Shown: positions 48,198 to 58,948 of the stretch, one piece after another
Layout of the letters: each line of letters begins with the position of its first letter
Numbering within the stretch: the stretch's first letter is position 1
The notes under the pieces: generated by a model
What the model was told of the DNA's origin: nothing
Database searches by the model: none
The model's input: the letters and a program-made list of their open reading frames with translations, nothing else
Position numbers and translations under genes: made by a program
Assembly (NCBI GenBank): GCA_014905635.1
Contig: JABVCE010000025.1
Location: forward strand, 62,001 to 126,000
Reading direction: 5' to 3'
DNA length: 64,000 nt
Source of the DNA: Scenedesmus sp. PABB004
Taxonomy: Eukaryota

Positions 48198-49186
48198 AGC
48201 TGCTGCTGGCCCCGCTGCTGCTGGTCCTGCTGCTGCACGCCGTCCGCCTGCGCCGCCGCGCCGCCGGCCTCGAGCAGCAGCTGCTGCCGCGCGTCGGCGC
48301 CCGCGTCGTGCGGCGCGGCGGCGAGCGCGGGCAGCGCCGGCGTGCGCATCGCCACGGTCGGCAGCGCGGCAAACTCGCGCGCCGCGACGCGCGTGTTGCT
48401 CTTCAGCACGCCCGTCTTGCCCGTGTTGAGCAGCAGCCCCCCCTCGGTGCTCGCCTCGAGCAGCTCGGCGGGGATGCCCGCGGGCGCGCGCACGTGGCGC
48501 AGGTCGGTGCGCGGCGCGTGGCGCTGCGGGCAGTCGTCGCTGAAGTGGTCGTCGAGCTTACCGCAGAACTTGCAGAACCCGCTCGGCCCGCCGCCGCCGC
48601 CGCCGCGGCCGCCGCGGCCGTGCATGTACGACGAGCCGTAGCCGCGCCCGCGGCCGCGCTGCGCGGCGAGCTGCGCCTCGCGCGCGCGGCTCGCCAGGAT
48701 GTTCTTGTCCGTCTGCGCGCGCCACGCCTCGTTCTGCGCGTCCACCAGCGCCGCGATCTGCAGGTCCTCCCGCCCCGCGCCCGCCGCGCGCGCCGCGAGC
48801 GTGGCCGCCTCGTCGCGTGGGTCGGCCGCCGCGGCGCCGCCGCCGCCCGCGAGCGCGGCGAGCGTGGCCATCGCCGGCCCCGCCGCGGCCGCGCCGTCGA
48901 CGCCATCGGCGGCGGGGGCGGGCCCCCCGGCCGGGCCGCGCCCGGGGACGCGCGGGGCGGCCACGCGGCGCACAGTGACCGCGCTGCCGCGCGGAAAGAC
49001 GTGGGCGTCGTCGAAGACCTGCTTGGTCTTGGGGTCGGACAGCTCCAGCGTGCCGTCGACGAGGCCCTTCTTCTCCGCGATGAGCGCCTTGAGCTCCTGG
49101 CCGCTGATGTGGTAGCCATCGAACGCCACGCTCTCCGGCTCGCCCCGGGCGTTGCGGAACTTGAAGAGCACCGTCCCCGCCGCCAT
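45413..49186 (-). CDS. RBBP6/MPE1-like DWNN + zinc-knuckle protein with long RS-rich tail
   Basis: VLFKFRN...FDGYHISGQELK...FPRGSAVTVRRV (DWNN), CKFCGKLDDHFSDDC knuckle and PAGIP motif. Introns 47856-47738, 47487-47389, 47312-47197, 46978-46425 (possibly split by a micro-exon), 45897-45775. Middle and 3' structure is less certain. Confidence 0.8.
48128..48207 (-). repeat. (CAG)n polyglutamine tract in the RBBP6-like gene
   Basis: Long ctg run on the + strand. Confidence 0.9.
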
Positions 49187-49567
49187 GATGCCGCCCCGCC
49201 CCGCCAGGCACAGGCGCGGGGCGCTCAGGGGGCGCGGGGGCGCATCACGCAGCCGTTGCTGCTGTTCGGATGGCGGCACGCCGGCTGGCGCCCCCCGAGA
49301 AGCGGCACGGAGACCCGGGCTGACTGTGGCGGGAGCGGCGGCGGCGCGCGCAGCTGGTGCGGGGCGGCGGCGGCGGCTGCTCGGGCGCGTGACGCGCCGT
49401 CAACGACGGGGCGTCGGTCGCACGACTTGCAGGATCGCCAAGTGTCCATCGACCAGGGCTCCCCCCTGCGGCGACGGCGCATGTCGCAGCGCCGCCCCGC
49501 TAGCCCGCGCGGCGACGGCCGCGCCGTCGCCGCCGCGTGTCGCAGCGCCGCCCGCTCGCCCGCTCGC

Positions 49568-50781
49568 TCACTCGCTCACTCGCTCGAGCGGCGTGAGCTC
49601 CCACAGCTCCAGCTCGGCGCAGCGGTCGTAGTGCTGCAGCACCTGCGGCACCTCAGCCACGGCGAGCTGCTGCCCCGCGAACAGCGGGCGCCGGCCGCCG
49701 ACCGCGCGCGGCGGCGCCGCCTCGCCGCCGGCGTCTGGGCTCGACGCGATCCAGGTCAGCAGGTGCTCGTACGAAGGCGCGCGGGCGTCGAGGTCGCGCA
49801 GCGTAAACTGCCAGCGCTTCTCGAGCGCCAGGACCAGCCGCGGCGGCGGCAGGGTAGCGCCACCGCCGCCGCTGCCGCCGCACGCTGCTCCCGCGACTGG
49901 CGCTGCGCCTCCTGCTGCTCCTGCTGCTGCCTGCTGCCGCGCGTGGGCCCAGCAGAGGAGGCCGTGCGCGGCGCGGACGAACGCGTCCGTCAGGCCGTCC
50001 GCATAAACGACGTCGGCCGCCAACCACGTGCGCGTCCCCGCCAGCAGGGCGAGGTCGGCGCGGCTCCACGAGAAGGCGTCGCCGTCGGCCGCCGCCGCGC
50101 AGCTGCCGCCGCAGCCGTCGCCACCGCCGCGACCGTTGAGCAGCTCCAGCAGCTCCTTGTCGCCCAGCGCGCACAGCCCGGGGGCCCGCGCGCCGCGAGC
50201 GCGAGCCAGTCGAGGCGCCGCACGCGCACGGCCGCCGCTGCCGCGCCGTTGGCCGCCGCGTTGCGCACCGCGAGCGCGAGCGCGCCGGGGTCGGCGTCCG
50301 TCGCCAGCACCGCGCCTGCGCGCCCGCTCACCGCGGCGACGAGGCTCGCGAGGCCCACGCCCGCGCCGAGCTCCACGACCGTGCCGCCGCGCGCGCCACC
50401 CGCGCCGGACAGCAGCCAGTCGGCGAGCAGGCAGGCCCCCCGCCACACCTGGCGCCCGCAGGCCGCCACAGGCGTCGCGAGCGCGTGGTGCAGCAGCACG
50501 TGCCTGGCGCGGCGCCGCGCCGCGGGGCGACGCCGCAGCCGCATGTCGCCGTCGCAGTCGAGCAGGCAGGCGTCGTCGTCGCTGTTGCTGGCGCCGTCGC
50601 TGCTGCTGGCGCCGCCGCCGCAGTCCGCGTCCTGCGCTTCAGCAGGAGCAGGAAAAGAAAAGCGCGTCGTCCAGGCCGCCGTCCCGGGCGGCACGGGCTG
50701 GTCCATGTGCAGCTCGCTCAGCACGGGGGCGTCGTCCGCCGACGCTGCTTCCTCGCCATCCGCTGCCGCAGCTGCCGCCAT
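49568..50781 (-). CDS. METTL22-like protein methyltransferase (Methyltransf_16), frameshifted as assembled
   Basis: GRQVWRGACLLADW, VELGAGVG and RRLDW in one frame; AADVVYADGLT, LALEKRWQFT and YDRCAELELW in another. Frame switch near 50175-50195. No introns recognised. Confidence 0.8.
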
Positions 50782-51102
50782 GCCCCTGCTGCTCGCCAAC
50801 GTCTGGTCGAAGGCTGGCGTCACCCTGGGCGCCCCTGCGATGGCTCAGGCGCGTGCCGCGACCACTGCGCCGGCGGCCGCTGCTGCCGCTGCTCGCCGCC
50901 GCGTGCGGCGTTGCCGGGGGCTTCCGTCCAGCCTGGTCGACCAGGAAGCACGATCGTGCCTCAACTATCTCACGGTTTTTCCCGGGCACAAACCGCAGCG
51001 ACGAATGACGACCCGCTGCCGCTGCCGCCACGCCGCAGCGCCCACACCCCGCCGCGGGCTGCCCCTCTTGCTGGCCACCCCGCGCACCGCTGCACTCTCC
51101 AC

Positions 51103-52217
51103 ATGCTGCGGCGCGCCGCCGCACTCGGAGCACCCCGCGCGGCGCCGCAGCGCGGCATGGCAGCTGCTGCCGCAGCGGCCGCGGCGCAGCCAGACAACTA
51201 CTACCCGCACGGCCTCGTCAGCCTGTCACCAGAATGCCCCGTCTTCCACGTGCTCGACGGCCTCGGCGGCTTCTCCGAGCAGGCCCTGGACGGCCCGTCG
51301 CCCTTCGTCCGGCCCACGACGCTGCGCTTCACGCACGGCGGCAGCGCGCGGCGCTGGGACGCGGTCGCGGCGCACGACAGCGTGGCCGTGCTGCTGCTCC
51401 ACGCGCCGCGCCGCGCGTTTGTGATCGTGCGGCAGTTCCGACCGGCAGTGTATGCCGTGCGAGCCCGCGCCGCGCGCGCGGCGGGCGCGCCGGACCCGCC
51501 GCCGGCCGCGGGTGCGCGCGCGCGGGTGCAGCGCGCGCAGCGGGCGCGCGCCGCGCGCCGCGCCCCGTGGGGCGCGCCCGTCCCGCCACGCGCCGCCGCC
51601 GCGCCGCCAGGGCTGTGCTACGAGCTGTGCGCTGGCATCATGGACAAGGCGGGCAAGAGCGCGGAGCAGGTGCGCGGCAGCGCCCCCCGCGGCGCACGCG
51701 GCGCGGCCGCCGCCCGCACCGCGCTCCCGCCGGCCTGCGCCGACCCCGCCGCCGCGCCCACGGCGGGCCCCGGGGCAGACGTGCTGCGAGGAGGTGCTGG
51801 AGGAGGTCGGCTACAGCGTCCCGCCGGCGGCGCTGCGCCGCGTCGCGGGCGGCGTCGTGTCGTCGGCCGGCATCACCGGCGCGACGCAGGACGTCTTTTA
51901 CGCCGAGGCGCGGCGCCGCACCAAAACCCACGGCGCTGCAGCCGCCGCGCGCGCCCCACCAGCGTCCGTCCCTCCCTCGGCGGCCGCGCCGGTGGCGGAC
52001 CCGGGCGGTGCGCCGCGCGCGCACGCAGGTGGACGAGTCGATGCGGGCGTGCGCCGGCGGCGGCACCGCGTGCCGGAGCGAGCGCGTCGAGGCGCTCGCG
52101 CTGCCGGTGGACGCGGCGGCGGCGTTCATCGAAGACGCCGCGCTCGCCAAAACGCCGGGGCTGTGTTTCGGGCTGCTCTGGGGCGCCGCGCGGCTGGCGG
52201 GCGGCGGCGGGACGTAG
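51103..52217 (+). CDS. Nudix hydrolase, NUDT14/UDP-sugar pyrophosphatase-like
   Basis: WDAVAAHDSVAVLL, VRQFRPAVY, Nudix box ELCAGIMDK...EEVLEEVGY and GGG...ERVE. Introns 51512-51610, 51670-51778, 51908-52028 (GC-AG). Confidence 0.88.
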
Positions 52218-52633
52218 CGGGCCGACGGGCGAGCGCGCGGCAGGCGGCGCACGACGCGGTTGCAGGGCGACGACGCGCGCGCATGAAGAATCCAGGCCTC
52301 CTCGCCCCCCTCGTGCACGCGCCGAGCGCTCGGCGGGCCCGCCCCCTGCCTAAGTCCCAGCGCGAACAGCCTCCTGCACGCTGCGTGCGGCCGCTGCGGC
52401 CCGCGCGCCGCAGTGGCGGCGGGGCCGGCGCGGCCGCGCGCGCGCCGCCGCCCCCGCAACGCCGCGCCCGCATTCGCTCCACACGCGCGCCGCCGCCCCT
52501 GCCGCTGCCGGCGCGCACCGCGCGGCGGCTGCGCCTGCAGCCGCCGCGCGGGCCCGCGCCGGCTCGGCGGTCAACGCTCGGCGCGGTCGCCGAGCGCCGC
52601 GCCGCCCCGCGCGCGGCCCCCGGCGCTGCAGCC

Positions 52634-52737
52634 CCTGTCGGGCATGTATTGAGCTGATGCATGAGCTCAGCACATGCCCATGTCAGGCATATATGAGCTC
52701 ATGCATGACGAGCTCAGTACATGCCCATGTCGGGCAT
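52634..52737 (-). repeat. Degenerate tandem triplication of the CPN60 stop-codon region
   Basis: The minus strand reads atgcccgacatgggcatgtactgagct..., atgcctgacatgggcatgtgctgagct..., then a partial atgcccgacagggg. Confidence 0.85.
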
Positions 52738-55700
52738 GGCCGGCGGGCCGCCCTTCTTCTCCTCCGGCGCCTCCACGATCACGCACTCGCTCGTCGTGAT
52801 GAGGCTGCTCACGCTCGCCGCGTCCACGAGCGCGGTGCGCACGACCTGCGCGCGCGGCGGCGGCGGCGGCGGCGTCGGCGCGCCGGCCGTGCCGCGCCGC
52901 GCCGCGCCGTGGAGCAACCCGGCCGCCGCCCGAGGTGCCCCAACGCGGCTCCCAAGCGCCGCACACACGGCGCCTCGCGGGGCGTCTGTTTGTGTTCCTG
53001 CTTCGCACCTTGAGCGGGTCGATGATGCCGGCCTTGACCATGTCGGTGAACTCGTCGGCCGCCGCGTTGTAGCCCATGCTCGGGTCCTCCATCTCCTCGA
53101 CCTTGCCGATGATCACCGCGCCCTCCACGCCCGCGTTGCTGGCGATCGTCTTCATCGGCACCTGCGGCCGCGGGGCGGGGGCAGGGCCGCGGCGGAGGGC
53201 GCGCGCGTGGGCGCGGCGCGGCGAGGGGAGCGGGCGGGCGCGGACGAGCGGCGGCGCGTGGGCGGGCCGGGCGCCCGGCGGCGCCACGGGCGGCCGCCGC
53301 GCGCGCGGGCGGGCGGCGCGCCGCGCGGCGCGCCTTGAGCGCGTTGGCGATGATCTGCACGCCGATCTGCTGGTCAAAGTTGGCGAGCCCCTCCTTCACG
53401 CCCTTGAGCGCCTTGGCCGCGTGCAGCAGCGCCGCGCCGCCGCCGGGCACGATGCCCTCCTCCACCGCCGCCTTGGTCGCGTTGAGCGCGTCCTCGACGC
53501 GGTCCTTCTTCTCGCCCACCTCCACCTCGGACGCGCCGCCGATCTTGATCACCGCAACGCCGCCTGCGCGCGCGGGCACGGGTCCAGGCCGAGCGCGGCG
53601 ACGCGCGTGCGTCGGCGGCGGCCGCGGCGGCGGCAGGCCGCGCGCGGCGGCGGCGGCGGGCCTCCGCGCCAGCACCAGACTCGTCTGACCCAGTGCGAGC
53701 CGCGCCCGCGCGCGCGCGCCGCGGGGCGCGCACCCGAGAGCTTGGCGAGGCGCTCCTGCAGCTTCTCGCGGTCATAGTCGGACGTCGTCGCCTCCATGGC
53801 CTGCCGGATCTGCTCGCAGCGCGCCTCGAGGTCTTTCTTCTCGCCTGCGCGCGGCGCCGGGCGCAGGAGGAGTGTGTGAGAGAAGGGCGCCGCGCGCTGC
53901 GCCGCCGCCGCCGCCGCCGGCGGCGGCCGCCCCGGCAGGCCCCTGGCGCCGCCGGGCCGGGAGCCGGCCGCGCGCACCCGCGCCGTGCAGCAGGATGGTG
54001 TCGTCCTTGGTGACGGTGACCTTCTTGACCTGGCCCAGCTGCGCGAGCTCCACGTTCTCCAGCTTGTGCCCCAGGTCCTCGCTGATCACCTCGCCGCCTG
54101 TCCACCCGCGGCGGCGACGCGGGCGCGGCGCGGTGAGCGGCAGCGGCGGCGCGGCGCAGGGAGAGCGCGGGGCGCGCGCGCGCGCGCCCGAGTCGACCCC
54201 GCCCTGCTGGCCGCGCCGCCGCGCACCGGTGAGCACGGCGAGGTCCTGCAGGTTGGCCTTGCGGTTCTCGCCAAAGCCCGGCGCCTTGACCGCGACGACC
54301 TTGACGCCCGCGCGCAGCTTGTTCACGATCAGCGTCGCCAGCGCCTGCGGGGGCGGGCGGGCGAAAGCAGGGAGGGAGAGGAGAGGATGCATGAGCGCAA
54401 GAGGCAGAGCGCCGGTGCGCGGCGCGCGGGCCGTGCGCGGCGCGGCGCGGCGCGGCGCGGCGCTGAGGCGGGCGTACCTCGCTCTCCACGTCCTCGGCCA
54501 CGATGACCAGGGGCCGCTGCACCTGGACCACCTTCTCGAGGATGGGCAGGATCGACGCCAGCCTGGCGGGCGGGCGATGGGGCGGGGCGGGGTGAGGCGC
54601 GGTCGGCGGTCGGCGGCCACAAACACACACCGGCAAAACATGCGCGGCCAGAACCACACTCACGCACACAGACACGCGCACACGCCCACACACGCCTGCA
54701 TGGTCCCCGCGCGCCCACCCGCTGATCTTCTTCTCCACCACGAGCACGAGCGCGTTCTCATACTCCGCCTTCATCGCCTTCTGGTCGGTGATGAAGTAGG
54801 GGCTGATGTAGCCGCGGTCAAACTTCATGCCCTCAACCACGTCCAGCTCGTTCTCCAGCGTCTTGCCGTCCTGCACCGTAATCACGCCCTCCTTGCCGAC
54901 CTGGAGCGTGGCCGGCGGCGGCGGCGGCGGCGGCGGGTGGGCGCGGGCGAGCGAGCGGGCGAGCGTCGGCGGGCGAGCGGGCGCGCGCGGCGCGGGGCCG
55001 GGCGGGGCGGTCGCCCCCGCTGGGCGGCGCGGCGCGGCGCGGCGCACCTTCTCCATGGCGCGCGCGATGAGCTCGCCGATCTCCGTCTCGCCGTTGGCGG
55101 AGATGGTGCCCACCTGCGCGATCTCCTCGGTCGTGCTGATCATCTTGGTGCGGCTCTTCAGCACCTGCGACCACCAGCGGCGGCGGCGGCGGCGGCGGCG
55201 GCGGCTCGGCGCGCGCGGCACGCCCGCACACGGCTGCCGCCGCCGCCGCCGCTGCGCCGCCTGCACAGCCGCCGCCGCCTGCACAGCCGCCGCTGGCGCC
55301 GGCGCGGGGCGCGCCTGCAGGACGTTGTCGACGGCGAGGTTGATGCCGCGGCGCAGGTCCATCGGGTTCATGCCCGCCGCGACCGACTTGCAGCCCTCGT
55401 TCAGGATCGCGCGCGCCAGCACCGTCGCGGTCGTCGTGCCTGGCGCGGCGCGGCAAGGTGGGCGGGCGGGCGCCGTGGGCGGGCGCGGGGCCGCCGCGGC
55501 GCAGCTCCGCCCTGAGACTGAGGCGCTCGCGCCCTGCCGCTGCTCCCCGTGCGGCGCGGCGCGGCGCGGCGCACCGTCGCCGGCGACGTCGTTGGTGGCC
55601 GACGCGACCTGCTTGACAAGGGACGCGCCCATGTTCTCAAAGCGGTCCTTGAGCTCGATCGCGCGCGCCACAGTCACGCCGTCCTTGGTGATCTTGGGCC

Positions 55701-56231
55701 CGCCGTACGCCTGCTCGATCATCACGTTGCGGCCCTGCGGCGGGGTGGCGGCGCGGAAGGGCGCGCGCGGTGGGCGCGGCGGCGGCGGGGCGCGGCGCTC
55801 TGCGTCGCGCGGCGGACCTGGCCGGTGGCCGGCCGCCGGCCGCCGGCACGGCGAGCAGGCGGCGGCGGGCGGCGGGCGGCGCCGGGCGGCGGGCGGCGCA
55901 CCTTGGGGCCGAGCGTGACCTGCACGGCGTCGGCGAGCTTGTTCACGCCCGCCAGCACCGCCTCGCGGCACTCGATGCCGAAGCGCACATCCTTGGAGGC
56001 GTAGCCGCGCACCACCTGCAGCAGGTGCGCCTGCGGCGCGGCGGCAGCAGCAGGCAATCAGCAGCAGCCTCACCCCGCTCGCCCGGCGCGCGTGGGCGGC
56101 GGGCCGCCGGCGCGGACGGCGCATGGCGGCGGCGTGGTCCCGAATCGGGCGCCGCGCGTCGCCCACGAGCAGCGCACGTTGAGCGCCGACCGGCTCGACC
56201 GCCGGCCCGCCGTCGCGGCGAGGCGCTGCAT
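52714..56231 (-). CDS. CPN60: Mitochondrial chaperonin 60 (HSP60/GroEL)
   Basis: [69 protein letters not shown] and GIIDP. Twelve introns with donors at 56177, 55901, 55574, 55314 (GC), 55047, 54718, 54477, 54226, 53977, 53733, 53333 (GC), 53008. Confidence 0.97.
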
Positions 56232-56664
56232 GCTGGCGCGCTGGGGCGGGGCGAGGAAACGGCAGGAGGGCGCGATCTGAGGCCGATGGAGTGGCGCGTG
56301 AGGGGCTAGCGCGCGCGCGGCAGCGGAAGACGAGCGGGTCGCTCGAGGAGCTTCTTCTGCATGCAGCGCGTGCTGCTGCTCGACTGCGTGCGCGCGTCCG
56401 GTCCGCCGTCTCGCAGGACGATTCGGGCGGAGCCCACGCCGGTCTCGCCGCGGGTTGCCGCCGCCAGCCAGCCCGCCGCACCAGAGGGGTGCGCCGCCGC
56501 CCGCCCGCCCCGATGCCCAATGCACGCACACGGCAATCCGCAATCGCTCACATCAACGTCAGTGCTGGGTGTGTTCTTCGCCCATGGTCAAGCTGTGCGC
56601 GGCGGGCGAGAGGGCCCGCCGATCGCGCCGCTCTGCGCCGCGGAAGAGTGGCTCAAAGAGTGGC

Positions 56665-58622
56665 TCACGCAAACAGGCGGGCCAGCGCGCCGCGCAGCCC
56701 GCCCGCGCAGCCAGCGGGGCCGCGGCGGCAGGCCGGGCCGCCGAAGACGTAGGTCTGCTCAAAGTCCTGCTCCTCCTTGTGGCTGCTGTGGCGGCCGGTG
56801 AAGACGGGGGACCAGTTGTAGATGAGCAGGTCCTCCTCCTCAAGCGCGTCCTTCTGCGCGGCGCACCGCGCACGCAGCGGCGGGCGCGCGGCGTCGGCGG
56901 CGCGCACGCGCGGACGGCGGCGCGGCGGCGGGCGCGGGGCGCCGCGCACGGCGCGGCGCGCGGCGCGGCAGGCGCGCACCGCGGCGTGGCTGTTCTTGCG
57001 CGCCTCGCCGACGAAAAAGTTGGCGACCTCCTGCGTGACCTCGATCGCGTCGGGGGTGTGCGGGATGTGCAGGAAGGTGGGCCACTCAAACGCGGGCTTC
57101 TCGGGGTGCCACTGCGTCGCGGTGATGGGGTACTGCGCGGCGGACGGACGGACGGACGGCGCGCGGGGCGGGCGCGCGCGGGCCAGCGGGTGAGGCCCGA
57201 CGGCGCGCCGGCTTGGCCGGCCAGCCGCTGACGCCGCCGCCGCCGCAGGCAGCCGGCGGGGCGGGCGCGGGGCGGACCTTGCGCGCCTCCATGGTGCTGA
57301 TGTAGGGCAGGCCGTCGCGCGCGAGCGAGAGCGAGAGCACCGCGAAAAAGTCCTTGAGCGCCGCGTTGGCGGGCTCCTCGTAGCTCGTCATCAGCACGCC
57401 TGCGCCGCACCCGGGCGGCGGCGGCGCGGTCCGCGTCGGCCGCCGGCGCGCCACCGAGCGCGCGCGCGCCGCCGCGCCGACAGGCAGAGCGCCCCCCCCC
57501 CCCCCCGCGCGGCGCACCGTGCGCGTGGTTCTCCATGGCGAGCGGCGCGTCCTGCAGGTTGCGCAGCATGTGCGGCGGCAGCGCGCGCAGGAAGGGGCTG
57601 TCGTCGGCGGCGTCGGTGAAGAGCAGCGGCGCGGGCGCGTCGAGCGCGTCCATGTCGGCCAGGAGGCTGGTGTTGCCGCTGACGATGATGGACAGCATCT
57701 CCAGGCCCAGGCACGTGCCGTGCACCTGCGCGCCCGGGCGCGAGCGCGGCGGCGGGGTCGGCGCGGCGCGCGCGAGGGGAGGGGGGGCCTGGCCGCGCCT
57801 GCTGCTCACTGCCCGCCCGCGCCGCGGCGCCGCCTTGCGGCGGCGCTGGCGCTGTTTCTTGTCCGCCTTGCCACGCGCGCGCGTCCGCACCGGGAAGTAG
57901 TCGCCGCGGTCGTTGGCCTCGATCGCGAGGCGCACGAGGAACGCGGCGGCGTCGTAAAAGGGGTGCCCGGGGCGCAGGTCGGCGCCGCCGCCGGGGAGCA
58001 GCAGGCCGTTGATCGCCTCGAAGCGCGACCGCAGCTCCGCGCGCGTCAGGTCAAACTGGATCGGCACCACGCGCGCGCCCGCGGCCTCCACCCACTTGAT
58101 GTAGCTCGCCGCGATGTAGCTGCCGCCCGGCGGCGCCGGCGAGCCGGGCTGCGGCGGGCGCGGCGCGCGCCGTGCGGGCGCGCGTCGGCGTCGGCGCGCG
58201 CCGGCGTCGCGCCGCCCGCGGCGCCCGCGCGCCCGCGGCGCCGCCGCACCTGGGTGAGGATGCCGATGATGGGGCGCTCGTTGACCTGGGCGTAGTCGCC
58301 CTTGTCGCGCGGCAGCTCGCGCAGCGCGGCGGGCGCGCGCGGCAGCCTGCGCGCGCAGCGGCGCGCCGGCGGCGCGGTGAGCGGCGCGCTGCGTCCCTGG
58401 GCGCCTGCAGCGCCCTGGAGGAGCCGGAGACCGGGCGCGCGCGGGAGCCGGCGGCGCGCATGGGCGCCGCGGCGGCCGCCGCTGCCCGCGGTGAGCTGGC
58501 GCGCCGCCGCGCGCCTGCGCCGCGCGCGCGCATCGCGCCCGGACGCCGCACCTGGCGCCAATTGCGCCCGAGCAGGCCGCCAGGGCCGCCAGGGCCGCCA
58601 GCAGCGCGGCGCGGGGGGCCAT
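56665..58622 (-). CDS. GGH: Gamma-glutamyl hydrolase (peptidase C26) with signal peptide
   Basis: RPIIGILTQ, SYIAASYIKWVEAAGARVVP, INGLLLPGG, GTCLG and QWHPEK. Introns with donors at 58551, 58249, 57890, 57517, 57277, 56979. Confidence 0.93.
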
Positions 58623-58948
58623 CACTCTGTTCGCCGCTGCTGCTGCCTCCCTCTTCGCGTGCGTGTGCTGGGCGAAGCGCGCGCGCCGGGGCCGACTAGT
58701 GCGCGCGCATTGCTGCGGCGCTTGCAGGCCACCGCGATGCTCCAGCAGCTCACGAACCGACGCGCCTTGAACCGCCGGAGCAAGGAGCGCTGGGAGAGCT
58801 CGCGCTCCACCCCACAGCGCCCGCCCCACCGCCAACGGGCTCGCGCCGCGCGCCGCCGCGCCGCCGCCGACAGCTGGGCGCGCGCACGCAGCGGCCAACA
58901 ACCGGCGCCGCGGCAGCCTCCTGCGCCCTCCGGGGCTGCGGTCGCGCC

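Noticed and set aside
9513..49186. Enrichment of RNA/translation genes (THUMPD1, CCDC124, TRM5, RRP1, RqcH, bL9, MPE1-like) as a functional cluster
   Set aside because: Interspersed with unrelated genes and acting in different compartments. Consistent with an ordinary housekeeping region.
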